A DNA stretch of 64,000 bases, taken from contig OY288106.1 in the NCBI GenBank assembly GCA_958431155.1, positions 141,161 through 205,160 of the forward strand, given 5' to 3'. The notes beneath the pieces are model-generated. The model searched no databases. It saw nothing but the letters and a program-made list of their open reading frames with translations, and was not told where the DNA came from. Made by a program: the position numbers and the translations under genes. Below, piece by piece: positions 19,020 to 29,817 of this stretch (positions are counted from its first letter, which is position 1; each line of letters begins with the position of its first letter). Source of the stretch: an uncultured candidatus Porisulfidus sp. (GTDB taxonomy: Bacteria; Pseudomonadota; Gammaproteobacteria; Poriferisulfidales; Poriferisulfidaceae).

Positions 19020-19046
19020 TTGCCCGGCAGCGGTTTTGGTTATAAT
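19020..19046 (+). promoter_or_regulatory. sigma-70-type promoter candidate for hupB (TTGCCC-N15-TATAAT)
   Basis: Perfect -10 hexamer 58 nt upstream of hupB ATG. Confidence 0.35.
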
Positions 19047-19103
19047 GACAGCACTTTAGCCCGACCTGGCGATTACCTCACTGAATTTCGGAGAACCAAA
19101 ACG

Positions 19104-19376
19104 ATGAATAAAAACGATCTCGCATCGGCGATGGCCGAAGATACTGGCATTACCAAATCTTCGGCAAATAAGGCACTGGACGCCATGACGAATGCTATCA
19201 AGTCTGCGCTTCGCGCGGGCGACAAAGTCAGCATCCCTGGATTCGGGACTTTCCAAGCCAAACATCGCTCCGCCCGAATGGGTCGGAATCCGGCGACGGG
19301 AGAGTCCATACAGATTGCAGCCTCCAACAGTCCCTCGTTCAAGGCGGGCAAGGCTTTTAAAGACGCATTAAATTAA
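19104..19376 (+). CDS. hupB: DNA-binding protein HU-beta
   Basis: 90 aa; MNKNDL..GFGTF..R.GRNP.TGE signature. Confidence 0.95.
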   Translation: MNKNDLASAMAEDTGITKSSANKALDAMTNAIKSALRAGDKVSIPGFGTFQAKHRSARMGRNPATGESIQIAASNSPSFKAGKAFKDALN

Positions 19377-19388
19377 TCTTGGCCTTTA

Positions 19389-19464
19389 GGGTGCTTAGCT
19401 CAGTTGGTAGAGCGTCGCCCTTACAAGGCGGATGTCGGGGGTTCAAGTCCCTCAGCACCCACCA
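19389..19464 (+). tRNA. tRNA-Val (anticodon TAC)
   Basis: Acceptor gggtgct/agcaccc, anticodon loop ccTTACaa, encoded CCA. Confidence 0.92.
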
Positions 19465-19493
19465 TGCCGGGAATGGTGTCCGCTTTCCCATGC

Positions 19494-19570
19494 GGAGTGG
19501 TAGTTCAGTTGGTTAGAATACCGGCCTGTCACGCCGGTGGTCGCGGGTTCGAGTCCCGTCCACTCCGCCA
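19494..19570 (+). tRNA. tRNA-Asp (anticodon GTC)
   Basis: Near-identical to canonical tRNA-Asp (ggagtgg...cctGTCacg...ccactcc-g-cca). Confidence 0.92.
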
Positions 19571-19626
19571 GCCGCCGGAGACCAACGAGCCCCACACCCC
19601 GGCTTCAGCCTGATTCGGATCCGAAT

Positions 19627-21489
19627 ATGCTGCATGTGATTCGCGAGCGGGCCACCGGATGGGTGGCCTACCTGATCATCCTGATCATCAGCATCCCGTT
19701 CGCGCTGTGGGGCATCAGCGAGTACCTGGGTTTCGGTGGCGCTGCCGAAGTGGCGGAAGTCAATGGCCAGCCGATCCCCGTCGAACGCTACAACCAGATC
19801 TATCAGACCAACCGATCCGAGAACGCTCCCCCGCCCGGCGTGGATTCCGGACAGTGGGAGCGCGGCCTGAAAGTGCGAGTGCTGGACGGGCTGATCGACA
19901 AGGTGCTTCTGTTCCAGTATCTCGACCGCGAGCGGCTGGATGTCACCGACGCGGAGGTGGCGCAAAGCATCCAGGCCATGGATCTGTTCCAGGTCGACGG
20001 CCGCTTCGACGAGAAGCGTTACCGCCAGATCCTGCAGGTCAACCGCACCACGCCGGCCCAGTTCGAGGCGGACCAACGCGAAGAGATGCGAAGGTGGATC
20101 GTCGCGCAGATGCTGTCGGATTCGGCTTTGGTGACGGATGCCGAAGCGCGGGAATACCGGGCCCTGAAAGACCAGACCCGGGACGTCCGGTACTTTGAAG
20201 TCCCGGGGAGGTACTTCTTAGACCCCGAGGCGGTGACCGAGGAGGAAATCGAGGCCGACTACCAGCAATCCCTGGACCGATACGTGGCACCGGAGCGCGT
20301 CCGGGTGTCGTACCTGGAACTGCGTCTCGACGGCATGGACGACGGAGCGCCCTTGAGCGAGGAGGCGATTGCGGCGTACTACGAGGCGCACGCCCTTGAC
20401 TTCGTGACGCCGGAACTGCGCAAGTTGCGGCAGATCTTCCTGAAGGCAGAGGAATCGGACGAATTGGTGCAGGCGCTTTACCGGCGCCTTCAGGAGGGAG
20501 AGGATTTCGCCGACCTGGCCCGGGAGCATTCGCAGGATGAACTCAGCCGCGAACGGGGCGGGGAAGTCGGCTGGGTGGCGGTGGAAGACCTTCCGGAAGA
20601 CCTGGGGGTTCTCGTGTTCAGCCTGGAGCCCGGGAAGGTGGGCGAGCCGATCAAGACGGAACGGGGGATATACCTGCTGGACGTGCAGGAACTTGAGCCG
20701 TCCCGGCTTCGGTCTCTCGAGGAAGTGCGCGACCAGGTCATCGAACGGGCCCGGCGGGCTGACCTGGAGAGCCGCTATGCGGCGGCAGCCGAGGAACTCG
20801 GCCTGCTTGCCTACGAGAACCCGGAGAGCCTTGCGGTAGCAGGGGAGCATCTGGGCATGGACGTGCAGGGCACGGACTTGGTCTCTCTGTCAGCCTTGCC
20901 GGAGGGGGTGCTGAGCCAGCCCGCGGTCCTTGAGGCCTTGCGCCGGGACGAGGTTTTGCGCGAAGGGATGAACAGCGACCGGATCGACCTGGAGGCCGAC
21001 TGGTCGGTGGTGGTGCGCGTCGACGAGCACGAGGAAGCCCAGACCCTCCCGCTTGAGGCCGTGGCCGACCGGATCCGCAGCGATTTGGCGCGGCAGGCGG
21101 CATGGACTGCGCTGCTCTCGCATGCGGCGGAACTCACGGAACGGTTGCGGGAGGAACCCGATATCGCAGCCTTGGCCGAGCACGACGGTGCCGAACTGGT
21201 CGCCCGTTCCGGGCTGGCCCGGGATGCCGAGGATGTACCGCGACAGGTGCGGGAGAAAGCTTTCTCCCTGCCGCGGCCGACAGATTCCCCGTCCTTCGGC
21301 ATGGCGGTTTTATACGACGGCGTGGCGCTGGTTTCCGTGGAGGCCATCCACGAAGCGGCTTCGGAGGAAGTGCGGGAAGGGGATCGCGAGAACCTGCGCC
21401 AACAGATGCAGTTCAGCGAAACGTTAGCCTTCCAGGACGCACTTCTTGCGCAGGCGGAGATCGCCCGTTACCTTGACCGGCTGGAGTGA
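19627..21489 (+). CDS. ppiD: periplasmic chaperone / peptidyl-prolyl isomerase PpiD
   Basis: 620 aa; N-terminal TM anchor, SurA-like and parvulin-like regions; conserved position after lon-hupB. Confidence 0.88.
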   Translation: MLHVIRERATGWVAYLIILIISIPFALWGISEYLGFGGAAEVAEVNGQPIPVERYNQIYQTNRSENAPPPGVDSGQWERGLKVRVLDGLIDKVLLFQYLDRERLDVTDAEVAQSIQAMDLFQVDGRFDEKRYRQILQVNRTTPAQFEADQREEMRRWIVAQMLSDSALVTDAEAREYRALKDQTRDVRYFEVPGRYFLDPEAVTEEEIEADYQQSLDRYVAPERVRVSYLELRLDGMDDGAPLSEEAIAAYYEAHALDFVTPELRKLRQIFLKAEESDELVQALYRRLQEGEDFADLAREHSQDELSRERGGEVGWVAVEDLPEDLGVLVFSLEPGKVGEPIKTERGIYLLDVQELEPSRLRSLEEVRDQVIERARRADLESRYAAAAEELGLLAYENPESLAVAGEHLGMDVQGTDLVSLSALPEGVLSQPAVLEALRRDEVLREGMNSDRIDLEADWSVVVRVDEHEEAQTLPLEAVADRIRSDLARQAAWTALLSHAAELTERLREEPDIAALAEHDGAELVARSGLARDAEDVPRQVREKAFSLPRPTDSPSFGMAVLYDGVALVSVEAIHEAASEEVREGDRENLRQQMQFSETLAFQDALLAQAEIARYLDRLE

Positions 21490-21535
21490 ATCTCTGTCTT
21501 TAATAACCCATCAAAACAAAGAAAGAGGTTCCATC

Positions 21536-22795
21536 ATGCGCTTAGCAGTCCACTGGCAAATCCTGATCGCGCTGGGCCTGGCCGTTCTGGCCGGGCTGGT
21601 GCTGGACGCGGACGGTGCCGTGGGCGGGGCGGTCGTCCCCGTTCTGGACTTCGTCGGGAAGATGTTCCTGAATGCCTTGAAGATGATCATCGTGCCGCTG
21701 ATCGTCGCGTCGATCATCATCGGCATCGGCAATCTGGGGGCCGGCGCACTGGGCGCGCTGGGCGGCAAGACGCTCTTGTACTACCTGACGACCAGCACGC
21801 TGGCAATCACCGCGGGGCTGTTCCTGGTCAACCTGGTGCAGCCGGGCCTGACCGGCGACGGAATTCCGGCAAAAGAGATTCTAGGCCTGCACGAGGACAC
21901 GGGACAGATCACCGAAAGGGTGGCCGGACGCAGCGGTGCCGACGTGGTGGGCGTGTTCCTGCGCATGATTCCCACCAACATCGTGGCGGCCGCGGCGGAA
22001 GGACAGATGCTCGGCCTGATCTTCTTCAGCCTTCTGTTCGGCTACTTCATGGAGCGCGTGTTCAAGGGCGGGCGCGACACCCTGCACACGTTCTGGCAGG
22101 GCGTGCAGGAAGTCATGATGAAGATCACGAACCTGATCATGCTGTTCGCCCCGATCGGGGTGTTCGCCCTGGTGGGCAAGGTGGTCATCACCTCGGGACT
22201 CGAGGTGTTCATCCCGCTGGCCTCGTTCTTCTTTACCGTACTGGGCGCCCTGGCGCTGCACATGTTCGTGATCCTGCCGCTCCTGATGCGTGCGTTCGGG
22301 ATCTCGCCGCTGCGACATTTCCGCGCCATGCTGGCCGCCCTGCTGACCGCGTTCTCCACCAGTTCGTCTTCGGCGACGCTGCCGGTGACGCTGGACTGCG
22401 TCAAGAACCGGGCGGGCGTCTCCAACCGCGTGGGCAGTTTCGTGCTGCCGCTCGGCGCCACCGTCAACATGGACGGCACCGCCCTGTACGAATGCGTGGC
22501 GGTGTTGTTCCTGGCGCAGGCTTACGGCCTTGACCTGAGTGCTGCGCAACAGGCGACAGTGGTGATTCTGGCACTTCTCACTTCCATTGGCGTGGCCGGG
22601 ATTCCGGCGGCAAGCTTGGTCGCGATCGTGCTGATCCTGGGCGTGGTGGGCCTGCCGGCGGAGGCGGTCGGCCTGATCCTGGCCGTCGACCGGCTGCTGG
22701 ATATGTGCCGTACCAGCGTCAACGTGTTCGGCGACTCGAGCGGTGCGGTGGTGATCGCCCGAAGCGAAGGGGAGGAGACGGCAGTCCGGGTCTAG
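21536..22795 (+). CDS. dicarboxylate/amino acid:cation symporter (DAACS family, GltP/DctA-like)
   Basis: 419 aa polytopic; hairpin/TM8 motifs typical of SDF family ([27 protein letters not shown]). Confidence 0.88.
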   Translation: MRLAVHWQILIALGLAVLAGLVLDADGAVGGAVVPVLDFVGKMFLNALKMIIVPLIVASIIIGIGNLGAGALGALGGKTLLYYLTTSTLAITAGLFLVNLVQPGLTGDGIPAKEILGLHEDTGQITERVAGRSGADVVGVFLRMIPTNIVAAAAEGQMLGLIFFSLLFGYFMERVFKGGRDTLHTFWQGVQEVMMKITNLIMLFAPIGVFALVGKVVITSGLEVFIPLASFFFTVLGALALHMFVILPLLMRAFGISPLRHFRAMLAALLTAFSTSSSSATLPVTLDCVKNRAGVSNRVGSFVLPLGATVNMDGTALYECVAVLFLAQAYGLDLSAAQQATVVILALLTSIGVAGIPAASLVAIVLILGVVGLPAEAVGLILAVDRLLDMCRTSVNVFGDSSGAVVIARSEGEETAVRV

Positions 22796-23009
22796 TCTGG
22801 TCCTTTAGGGTGATACCGGGTCGGTTAAACTCGAACTGTTGCCGAACCGGAGTTTCAAGTGCTGGGCAGGAATGGATTCGCACCATTACCGTGCCGTACA
22901 TCCGGTCATGCTGGAAGTCTTCGGACAGGATGGTTGTGATGGCGTGGGCTTCGGCACAAAACCAAGGTAGGCCGCGTGCAATATTCCAAGCGGCAAACGC
23001 CGCAAAGTC

Positions 23010-24092
23010 TCATGGGCACACCGGCGGTGCTGTGTAGTCCAGATTCAGCAGTCGGAAATAGTTCTGCCCCAGAGCGATATTTCGGAAGGCCACGTCGTTC
23101 AGGCGACGAAGAATTCTGCTGGTGACCTGCAGTTCCGTGCGGTAGACATCGAAGTCCTTGTCCACCGAGGCCAGGAAGTCCGTTCCCGGGAGAATGCGCT
23201 CCGAGTAGTCATCCAGAAACGATACATAACGTACCCGGTGCTCCGGAACGGAAAAGTAGGCATCGTCGATCACTCGCCAAGAAATGTCCATCATCAGCTT
23301 CGGGTAGCGGTCCAACAGCGAACTCATGATTTGGATATGCTGGGCAACGTCCATCTTCACCAGTTCCCGTGACAGCCCCATGTGCATCCAGATGATCACG
23401 TTGTCTGGATACAGGCGCAGCACTTCCTCCAGCAGGGGCAAATATTTGGTCGGCTCCTCGTCGTTGCCTAGGTCGGCGTGAAGCGCGAGCGGGATATCCT
23501 GTTCCCGCAGAACCGTCATGAAAGCGGCCCATTCGGCTAGCGTGGCCATGGGAACCGGCTTCCGTCCATTGGCAAACAAGGCCTGTTTCACCAGGTTGAC
23601 CTCGCCCATCCAGGTGAATGCGCCGGGGTATTCTTCCTCCAGTAGTTGCATCCCCGGCAGAATCGTTTCTGGATGCGACAAGTCCGGGAAACTCATCGAG
23701 AGCGTCAGATGGACCGCAGAGGGCTTGAGCATGAGCGCATTGGCGGCATTGATGAAGTCGTTCTTCAGCGTCGGCATCACCGGTGTGCCAGGACAGTCTA
23801 GGTAATAGGTGCAGGAGGATGTCACGGGCAACATCTGGCCAATGCCATAGACGTTGGCGAACAGGACGCCAGTCTCCTCGAGATACGAGACCACTTCCTT
23901 GAACGGGATCGCAGGACCGCCAAACGGCCGGAAGTGGATGTGGCTGTCCACCACGGCAGTTTGGGCCTGGACGGACCGGTCGTAACACGGCTGGTCGCCG
24001 GATCGAAACATTTCCAACGTGGGCTTCGGGACGCAACCCGAGATTCCCGTTGCGATCAACGTCAACAGCAGGAGTGACGAAGTCCGGCGCAT
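23010..24092 (-). CDS. lipoprotein, amidohydrolase-2-like TIM-barrel metal-dependent hydrolase
   Basis: Lipobox LIATGISGC; HIHF (HxH), HADLG, WMHMG, PGTDF metal-ligand-like motifs. Confidence 0.6.
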   Translation of the reverse strand: MRRTSSLLLLTLIATGISGCVPKPTLEMFRSGDQPCYDRSVQAQTAVVDSHIHFRPFGGPAIPFKEVVSYLEETGVLFANVYGIGQMLPVTSSCTYYLDCPGTPVMPTLKNDFINAANALMLKPSAVHLTLSMSFPDLSHPETILPGMQLLEEEYPGAFTWMGEVNLVKQALFANGRKPVPMATLAEWAAFMTVLREQDIPLALHADLGNDEEPTKYLPLLEEVLRLYPDNVIIWMHMGLSRELVKMDVAQHIQIMSSLLDRYPKLMMDISWRVIDDAYFSVPEHRVRYVSFLDDYSERILPGTDFLASVDKDFDVYRTELQVTSRILRRLNDVAFRNIALGQNYFRLLNLDYTAPPVCP

Positions 24093-24451
24093 GCTTCCCT
24101 GGGTTTCTGATTCCAGCCGTCTCGATGGCCGATGGTGATGGACCCGGAACAGGATACACCACATCCACCGCCTATCGATGCCCTGTACAGATATTTATGC
24201 CAAACCTGGCCCAGGGCAAGCAGATGCGCCGAGGCAACTAAGTCTCAGAGACATGATGGAGATTGGGCCCATGGGGCTGGCGATTTGGGGTTGTCGGCCA
24301 AGAGCCCGGACGGTTTCGAACTGGTAAAGCCTTTGCCGGAACAGGCTACCAGAGGGTGGGAGAGTAGAGAGAACAGGGTGTCTCCCCAATGCAACAAGCC
24401 TTGGCGATCTACCGGAAGCTTGTCGCTTGTGCTTTTACGTGTCGCCTGATC

Positions 24452-25240
24452 TTATGCGTCGAAGTCGGTCATGCCGACAGTGCTGTAGCCGGCATCGACG
24501 TAGGTGATTTCGCCAGTGATGCCACCGGCCAGGTCCGAGCATAGGAACGCGGCCGCATGGCCGACGTCCCGCGGTGTGACGTTTCGGCGCAACGGCGCGT
24601 TTTTCTCCACGTGGTCCAGCATCATTCGGAAATTCCCGATGCCGGCGGCGGCCAGGGTCCTGATCGGTCCGGCGGAAACCCCGTTGACCCGGATCTGATC
24701 CGGACCCAGGGAGTAGGCAAGATAACGCACGTTCGCCTCGAGGCTGGCCTTGGCGAGCCCCATCACGTTGTAGTTCGGCATGCTGCGCAGCGCACCGAGG
24801 TAGGTCAGCGCCAGCACGGCGGACGGGTGTCCGCGCATCATCGGCCGTGCCGCCCGGGCCAGGGCGGTCAGGCTGTAGCTGCTGATGTCGTGCGCCACGG
24901 CGAAGGCTTCGCGCGACGTGTTCTCGCAGAAGTCCCCGTCCAGGGCCTCGCGCGGCGCGTAGGCGATGCAGTGCACCAGGATGTCGAATTCGGACCAGTG
25001 TTCTCCCAGCCGCGCGAAAGCCGCGTCCACCTGGGCCTCTTCGGCCATGTCGCAGGGCAGGGTCAGTGCGCCGCCGCAGGCTTCGGCCAATTGGTCGATC
25101 CGGGACTTCAGTTTTTCGTTCTGGTAGGTGAGGGCAATCTCGGCCCCCTGTTCGTGCATGCATTCGGCGATGCCCCACGCGATGGAGCGGTTGCTGGCGA
25201 CGCCCGTGATGAGCGCTTTCTTGCCGTCGAGGAATCCCAT
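24452..25240 (-). CDS. fabI: enoyl-[acyl-carrier-protein] reductase (NADH) FabI
   Basis: 262 aa [16 protein letters not shown] nucleotide-binding, Y-x6-K catalytic. Confidence 0.93.
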   Translation of the reverse strand: MGFLDGKKALITGVASNRSIAWGIAECMHEQGAEIALTYQNEKLKSRIDQLAEACGGALTLPCDMAEEAQVDAAFARLGEHWSEFDILVHCIAYAPREALDGDFCENTSREAFAVAHDISSYSLTALARAARPMMRGHPSAVLALTYLGALRSMPNYNVMGLAKASLEANVRYLAYSLGPDQIRVNGVSAGPIRTLAAAGIGNFRMMLDHVEKNAPLRRNVTPRDVGHAAAFLCSDLAGGITGEITYVDAGYSTVGMTDFDA

Positions 25241-25277
25241 GGGTTTGAGTGACTGCCGAATCGGCGGGTAGATTAAA

Positions 25278-27470
25278 ATGGACTCAAACCATTTTATAAC
25301 GAACCTGATTCCCGTGCGCTTCCTCTGCCGCTGCGGCCTGCCCTGTCGATGGGGGAGCATGATCGCGCTTGTTTTTCTGGCAGGCTGCGATGATTCGTGG
25401 AACAACCCGCACGGAGAGGACCTGGGATCGGGGGCGGTACTGTATGCCTCGTTCAGCGACCGGCCCCAGTTCATGGATCCCGCACGGTCCTATACCTCGA
25501 CCGCGTACGGCTTCATCCAGCAAATCTACGAGCCGCCGCTGGCCTACCACTACCTGAAGCGTCCCTATGAGTTGATTCCCCTGTCCACGGCCCGCATGCC
25601 GGAGGTCCGCTTCCTGGACGAGTGGGGCGACGAGTTGCCGCCTGGGGTCCCGGTGGAGGCGGTGGCGTACACCGAATACCTGATCGACATCAAGCCTGGC
25701 ATCCTCTACCAGCCGCATCCGGCGCTGGCGCGGCGCGAGGACGGAGGCTACCGTTATCATGACCTGACCGAAGCGGATCTCGAGTCGGTCAATGTTCTCT
25801 TGGATTTCCCACACACCGGGAGCCGCGAATTGGTGGCGGAGGATTTCGTCTACCAGATCAAGCGACTGGCGGATCCCCGCCGGCACTGCCCCATCGCCGG
25901 CATCGTCGCCGAATACATCGAAGGCTTCGCCGAATTCCAGGCGCATGTCCAAAACACGGAAAATGTCCCGATGGACCTGCGCGGCCTGTCGATGTCCGGC
26001 GTGGAGTCCCTGTCGCGCTACCGCTACCGCGTCCGGTTGAAAGGAACCTATCCTCAGTTCATTTACTGGCTGGCCATGCCGTTCTTTGCGCCGATGCCGT
26101 GGGAGGCGGACGTGTTCCACGAGCAGCCGGGCATGGCGCAGCGCAACCTGACGCTGCACTGGTACCCGATCGGCACCGGCCCCTTCATGCTGACCGAGAA
26201 CAACCCAAACCTGCGGATGGTGCTGGAGCGCAACCCGAATTTCCGCGGCGAACCGTACCCGAGCGAAGGGGAACCGGGAGATGCCGAGGAGGGATTCCTG
26301 GACGATCAGAGGCGCACCATGCCGTTCGTCGACCGGGCGGTCTTCAGCCTGGAGAAGGAGAACATCCCGCGCTGGAGCAAGTTCCTGCAGGGCTATTACG
26401 ACCTGTCCGGGATCGGTTCGGACAGCTTCGACCAGGCTATCGAATACGGGGGCGGCGGAGAAGTGGGGTTGACCGACGAGATGGAGGAGAAGGGGATCGC
26501 GCTGCGCACGGCGGTCGACCTGACTGTGTTCTACATGGGCTTCAACATGCTGGATCCGGTCGTCGGCGGGTACGGTGAGCGCAGCCGGCTGCTGCGCCGC
26601 GCGATCTCCATCGCGGTGGACTACGAGGAGCACGTCTCGATCTTCAGCAACGGGCGCGGGATTCCGGGCCAGGGGCCGCTGCCGCCGCAGATCTTCGGCG
26701 TCCGCGAGGGAGAAGCGGGGATCAACCCGTACGTGTACCGCTGGGAGGGGGGCAGGGCGGTCCGGCGCGGCATCGAGGAGGCGCGCGAGCTGATGCGCCG
26801 GGCGGGCTACCAGAACGGCATCGACCAGGAGACGGGCAAGCCGCTGGTGCTTTATTTCGAGGCGGTCGGCGCCGGGCCGGACGCCAAGGCCTCGCTGAAC
26901 TGGCTGCGCAAGCAGTTCGCCAAGCTCGACATCCAACTGGTGATCCGGGCCACGGACTACAACCGTTTCCGGGCGAAGATGCGCAAGGGCACCGGGCAGA
27001 TCTTCCAGTGGGGCTGGCACGCGGACTACCCGGACCCGGAAAACTTCCTGTTCCTGCTGTACGGCCCCAACGCCCAGGTGGACACCAACGGTCCGAATTC
27101 CGCCAACTACAAGAACCCCGAGTACGACGCGCTGTTCTCTCAGATGAAGAACATCCCGAATGGGGAGCGGCGCCAGCAGATCATCGATGAAATGCTGGAC
27201 ATCCTGCGCCGCGACGCCCCTTGGGCTTGGGGCTTCCACCCGGTCAACTACATCCTGTCGCACCAGTGGGTGCATAACGACAAGCCGACCACCATGTCCT
27301 ACAACACGCTCAAGTACCGGCGCATCGACACCGAGTCGCGGGCCGCGAAAATCCGGGAATGGAACCGGCCAACGGTCTGGCCGGTCTGGGCAGGCCTGGG
27401 GGCGTTGGCGCTGCTGATCCTGCCGGCGCTGGTCGGGTTCCTCCGCCGTGAGCGGGAGCGTGGGCGATGA
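25278..27470 (+). CDS. ABC transporter periplasmic substrate-binding protein, family 5 (oligopeptide/YejA-like); start may be 25359 (lipobox FLAGC)
   Basis: SBP_bac_5-type sequence; followed by two permeases and double-NBD ATPase (YejABEF architecture). Confidence 0.8.
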   Translation: MDSNHFITNLIPVRFLCRCGLPCRWGSMIALVFLAGCDDSWNNPHGEDLGSGAVLYASFSDRPQFMDPARSYTSTAYGFIQQIYEPPLAYHYLKRPYELIPLSTARMPEVRFLDEWGDELPPGVPVEAVAYTEYLIDIKPGILYQPHPALARREDGGYRYHDLTEADLESVNVLLDFPHTGSRELVAEDFVYQIKRLADPRRHCPIAGIVAEYIEGFAEFQAHVQNTENVPMDLRGLSMSGVESLSRYRYRVRLKGTYPQFIYWLAMPFFAPMPWEADVFHEQPGMAQRNLTLHWYPIGTGPFMLTENNPNLRMVLERNPNFRGEPYPSEGEPGDAEEGFLDDQRRTMPFVDRAVFSLEKENIPRWSKFLQGYYDLSGIGSDSFDQAIEYGGGGEVGLTDEMEEKGIALRTAVDLTVFYMGFNMLDPVVGGYGERSRLLRRAISIAVDYEEHVSIFSNGRGIPGQGPLPPQIFGVREGEAGINPYVYRWEGGRAVRRGIEEARELMRRAGYQNGIDQETGKPLVLYFEAVGAGPDAKASLNWLRKQFAKLDIQLVIRATDYNRFRAKMRKGTGQIFQWGWHADYPDPENFLFLLYGPNAQVDTNGPNSANYKNPEYDALFSQMKNIPNGERRQQIIDEMLDILRRDAPWAWGFHPVNYILSHQWVHNDKPTTMSYNTLKYRRIDTESRAAKIREWNRPTVWPVWAGLGALALLILPALVGFLRRERERGR

Positions 27471-28444
27471 TCGCGTACATCATCCGCCGGGCGCTGTACG
27501 CGATCCCGATCTTGATCGGGGTCAACCTGTTGACGTTCATGCTGTTCTTCGTGGTCAACTCACCGGAGGAAGTGGCGCGGCTGCACCTGGGCGACAAGTA
27601 CACCACGCAGGAGCAGGTGGAGGCGTGGAAGCAGGAGCACGGCTACGACAAGCCGCTTCTCTACAACCCTGAGGCGGGCGGGCTGGAACAACTGACCGAC
27701 ACGATCTTCTACACGAAATCGGTGCGCCTGTTCGTGTTCGACTTCGGTAATTCCGACAGCGGCCGCAATATCGGCCACGACATCCGGCAGCGCATGTGGC
27801 CGAGCCTTGCGATCGCGGTGCCGAGCCTGCTGCTCGGGCTGCTGCTGAACGCCACGCTGGCGCTGATGCTGGCGTTCTTCCGCGCGACCTACCTGGACGT
27901 GGGCGGCGTCGTGCTGTGCGTGGTCCTGATGTCGATTTCCAGCCTGTTCTACATCATCGGCGGGCAGTACCTGGTCGGCAAGCTGCTGCAACTGGTCCCC
28001 ATCTCCGGCTACGACACCGGGTTCGAGGCCGTGAAGTTCCTGATCCTTCCGGTCATCATCGGCGTCATCTACGGCATCGGCTCCGGCACCCGCTGGTACC
28101 GCACCCTGTTCCTGGAAGAAATCTCCAAGGACTACGTGCGCACCGCGCGCGCCAAGGGGCTGTCGGAGCAGTGGGTCCTGTTCCGGCACGTGCTGCGCAA
28201 TGCCCTGATCCCGATTCTGACCGGTGTGGTCGTGATCCTGCCGTTGCTGTTCATGGGCAGCCTCATCACGGAGTCCTTCTTCGGAATCCCGGGGCTCGGC
28301 AGCTACACCATCGACGCGATCCAGCGCCAGGACTTCTCGATCGTGCGGGCCATGGTGTTCCTCGGCACGGTGCTGTATATCCTGGGCCTGCTGCTGACCG
28401 ACATTTCCTATACGCTCGCGGACCCCCGGATCCGGCTGCGCTGA
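27467..28444 (+). CDS. ABC transporter permease (YejB/OppB-like)
   Basis: 325 aa, 6 TM; ATGA overlap with SBP gene. Confidence 0.85.
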   Translation: MIAYIIRRALYAIPILIGVNLLTFMLFFVVNSPEEVARLHLGDKYTTQEQVEAWKQEHGYDKPLLYNPEAGGLEQLTDTIFYTKSVRLFVFDFGNSDSGRNIGHDIRQRMWPSLAIAVPSLLLGLLLNATLALMLAFFRATYLDVGGVVLCVVLMSISSLFYIIGGQYLVGKLLQLVPISGYDTGFEAVKFLILPVIIGVIYGIGSGTRWYRTLFLEEISKDYVRTARAKGLSEQWVLFRHVLRNALIPILTGVVVILPLLFMGSLITESFFGIPGLGSYTIDAIQRQDFSIVRAMVFLGTVLYILGLLLTDISYTLADPRIRLR

Positions 28445-28446
28445 CC

Positions 28447-29817
28447 ATGTGGGTCGTCCTGCTGACCGACTTCTTCCTCTACCTGCTTCTGGCAGGCGTG
28501 GGGCTGTACGTGGGCTTCGTGCTGCGCACGCCGCACCTGCGGCATGCCTGGCGATCGGTGATGACCCGGCGCGGCGGCGCGGTGTCGGTGGTGGCGCTGG
28601 GCTTCTTCGCGGCCATCGCGATCCTGGACTCGGTGCACTTCCACCCGCGCCTGGAGCAGCCGGGCGCCCAAGTGGAGTATTCCAACGAGATCCTGAGCGT
28701 GTTCGACGTGCTGGTCGGGCCGTTGCGCACCCAGATCGAACGGACCTATTCCGCGCCGTTCGCCTATCACGCGCACAGCAAGGAGACCCGGGAGACGCCG
28801 CAAGGGCGCGTGAGGGTCTACCCCCGGCTGGAGTATGGGGGCGCCCATCTTGAGAATCCGGAGCAGGAGCGCGGCTGGGACATCGCGGTCCGGGTCCTGC
28901 GCGGGGCTCTTCTCGGGGCAGGGGTGTGGGGTCTCCTGTGGTTGAGCGCCTGGCAGATCCGCCGACTGCGGGGCGGCAAGCCCCGGCCTTCCGGAGAGGC
29001 CGCGATCCCGTGGTGGTCCGTGGGGGTCACCGCGCTGCTGATCCTGATGCTGATCGGGAGCGCCACGCAACTGGCCGGGGCCTACCACGTGTTCGGCACC
29101 GACAAGGTCGGCGAGGACGTGCTTTACCAGACCCTGAAGAGCATTCGCACCGGCGTGCTGATCGGCACCCTGACGACCCTGATCATGCTGCCGTTCGCGA
29201 TCGCGCTCGGCATCACGGCAGGCTATTACCGGGGCTGGGTGGATGATGTCATCCAGTACATCTACATCACGCTGAACTCGATTCCCGGCGTGCTGCTGAT
29301 CGCCGCCTCGATCCTGTCCCTGCATGTCTACCTGAATGCTCACGCCGAAGAGTACACGAGCTTGGCGGAGCGCGCGGACCTGCGGTTGCTGTTCCTGTGC
29401 ATGATCCTGGGCCTGACCAGCTGGACCGGTTTGTGCCGGCTGCTGCGCGGCGAGTCGCTCAAGCTGCGGGAACACGAGTACATCCAGGCCGCGGTGGCGT
29501 TCGGGGTGTCGGGACCGCGCATCCTGCTGCGGCACATCCTTCCGAACGTCATGCACATCGTGCTGATCACGGTGGTGCTGGATTTCAGCGGCCTGGTGCT
29601 GGCCGAGGCGGTGCTGTCGTACGTCGACATCGGGGTCGATCCGTCCATGAACAGCTGGGGCAACATGATCAACAGCGCGCGCCTCGAGATGTCGCGCGAG
29701 CCTCCGGTGTGGTGGTCGCTGACGGCCTCGTTCGTGTTCATGTTTGGCCTGGTGCTGTTCGCGAACCTGTTGTCGGACGCAGTGCGCGACGCATTCGACC
29801 CGAGGGTGAAGCGATGA
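28447..29817 (+). CDS. ABC transporter permease (YejE/OppC-like, extended periplasmic loop)
   Basis: 456 aa; EAA-loop region; internal Met start 3 nt after upstream stop. Confidence 0.82.
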   Translation: MWVVLLTDFFLYLLLAGVGLYVGFVLRTPHLRHAWRSVMTRRGGAVSVVALGFFAAIAILDSVHFHPRLEQPGAQVEYSNEILSVFDVLVGPLRTQIERTYSAPFAYHAHSKETRETPQGRVRVYPRLEYGGAHLENPEQERGWDIAVRVLRGALLGAGVWGLLWLSAWQIRRLRGGKPRPSGEAAIPWWSVGVTALLILMLIGSATQLAGAYHVFGTDKVGEDVLYQTLKSIRTGVLIGTLTTLIMLPFAIALGITAGYYRGWVDDVIQYIYITLNSIPGVLLIAASILSLHVYLNAHAEEYTSLAERADLRLLFLCMILGLTSWTGLCRLLRGESLKLREHEYIQAAVAFGVSGPRILLRHILPNVMHIVLITVVLDFSGLVLAEAVLSYVDIGVDPSMNSWGNMINSARLEMSREPPVWWSLTASFVFMFGLVLFANLLSDAVRDAFDPRVKR

